From Stegostoma tigrinum (Eukaryota), in assembly GCF_030684315.1 (NCBI RefSeq), contig NC_081369.1, forward strand, positions 13,678,035-13,742,034: 64,000 nt of DNA, read 5' to 3'. Below are positions 63,803-64,000 of the stretch, one piece after another (the stretch's first letter is position 1; each line of letters starts with the position of its first letter). The notes beneath the pieces are model-generated. The model did not search any database. It had not been told where the DNA came from and saw only the letters and a list, made by a program, of their open reading frames with translations. Both the position numbers and the translations under genes were made by a program.

Positions 63803-63950
63803 ACTGGAGTCTGATCTACGTCAGGTCCTGAAGGAAATGGATTTTACGATGGACAGTCAAACCTTTGTACTTCCTAATGTCAAAGCTGCTGTGATCAATC
63901 CGCGTCAGAGTGGTTCTTCAGAATTTCAGGTTACTGCCAATTTCTCTTGG
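63803..63950 (+). CDS. ADGRG1-like GPCR, GAIN-domain exon (gene continues beyond window)
   Basis: Acceptor tttgttctccag|, donor TGG|GTAAGA, phase 2 to 0, 148 nt. Reads RLESDLRQVLKEMDFTMDSQTFVLPNVKAAVINP..., resembling GPR56 [32 protein letters not shown]. Confidence 0.82.
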
Positions 63951-64000
63951 GTAAGACCTTTCGCAATGCAGTGTTTAAAAATAATAGAATATGAAAAGAT

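Noticed and set aside
1-64000. CRISPR array or prokaryotic system
   Set aside because: Eukaryotic intron-exon DNA; the recurrent short repeats are dispersed retroelement ends, not regularly spaced.

Overview
Repeat-rich vertebrate genomic DNA. The repeat content (HE1/V-SINE, CR1 LINEs, Penelope-like elements) points to a cartilaginous fish (shark). Three spliced genes can be rebuilt by hand from GT/AG sites with matching intron phases; most of their exons are missed by the ORF track. (1) + strand, <1-11092: a non-rearranging antigen-receptor-like gene. It has a germline-joined VJ exon, a single C1-set exon, an uncharged TM exon and two cytoplasmic exons with tyrosine motifs; the leader lies upstream of the window. 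(2) - strand, 40833-22712: a complete 4-exon, 244-aa atypical RBR-type (partial RING1-IBR-RING2) E3-ligase-like gene, with ISRE, GAS-like and NF-kB motifs just upstream of the ATG. (3) + strand, 53221->63950: the 5' part of an ADGRG1/GPR56-like adhesion GPCR (signal peptide, PLL domain, start of GAIN). Mobile DNA includes a near-full-length CR1 nested in an older CR1, a Gmr1-type Gypsy remnant, an ERV pol remnant, solo LTRs and SINEs. There are also many Penelope-like fold-back insertions with long target-site duplications and minimal hammerhead ribozyme cores, one of them a near-perfect 1.56-kb palindrome. All calls come from manual reading; no database searches were run.
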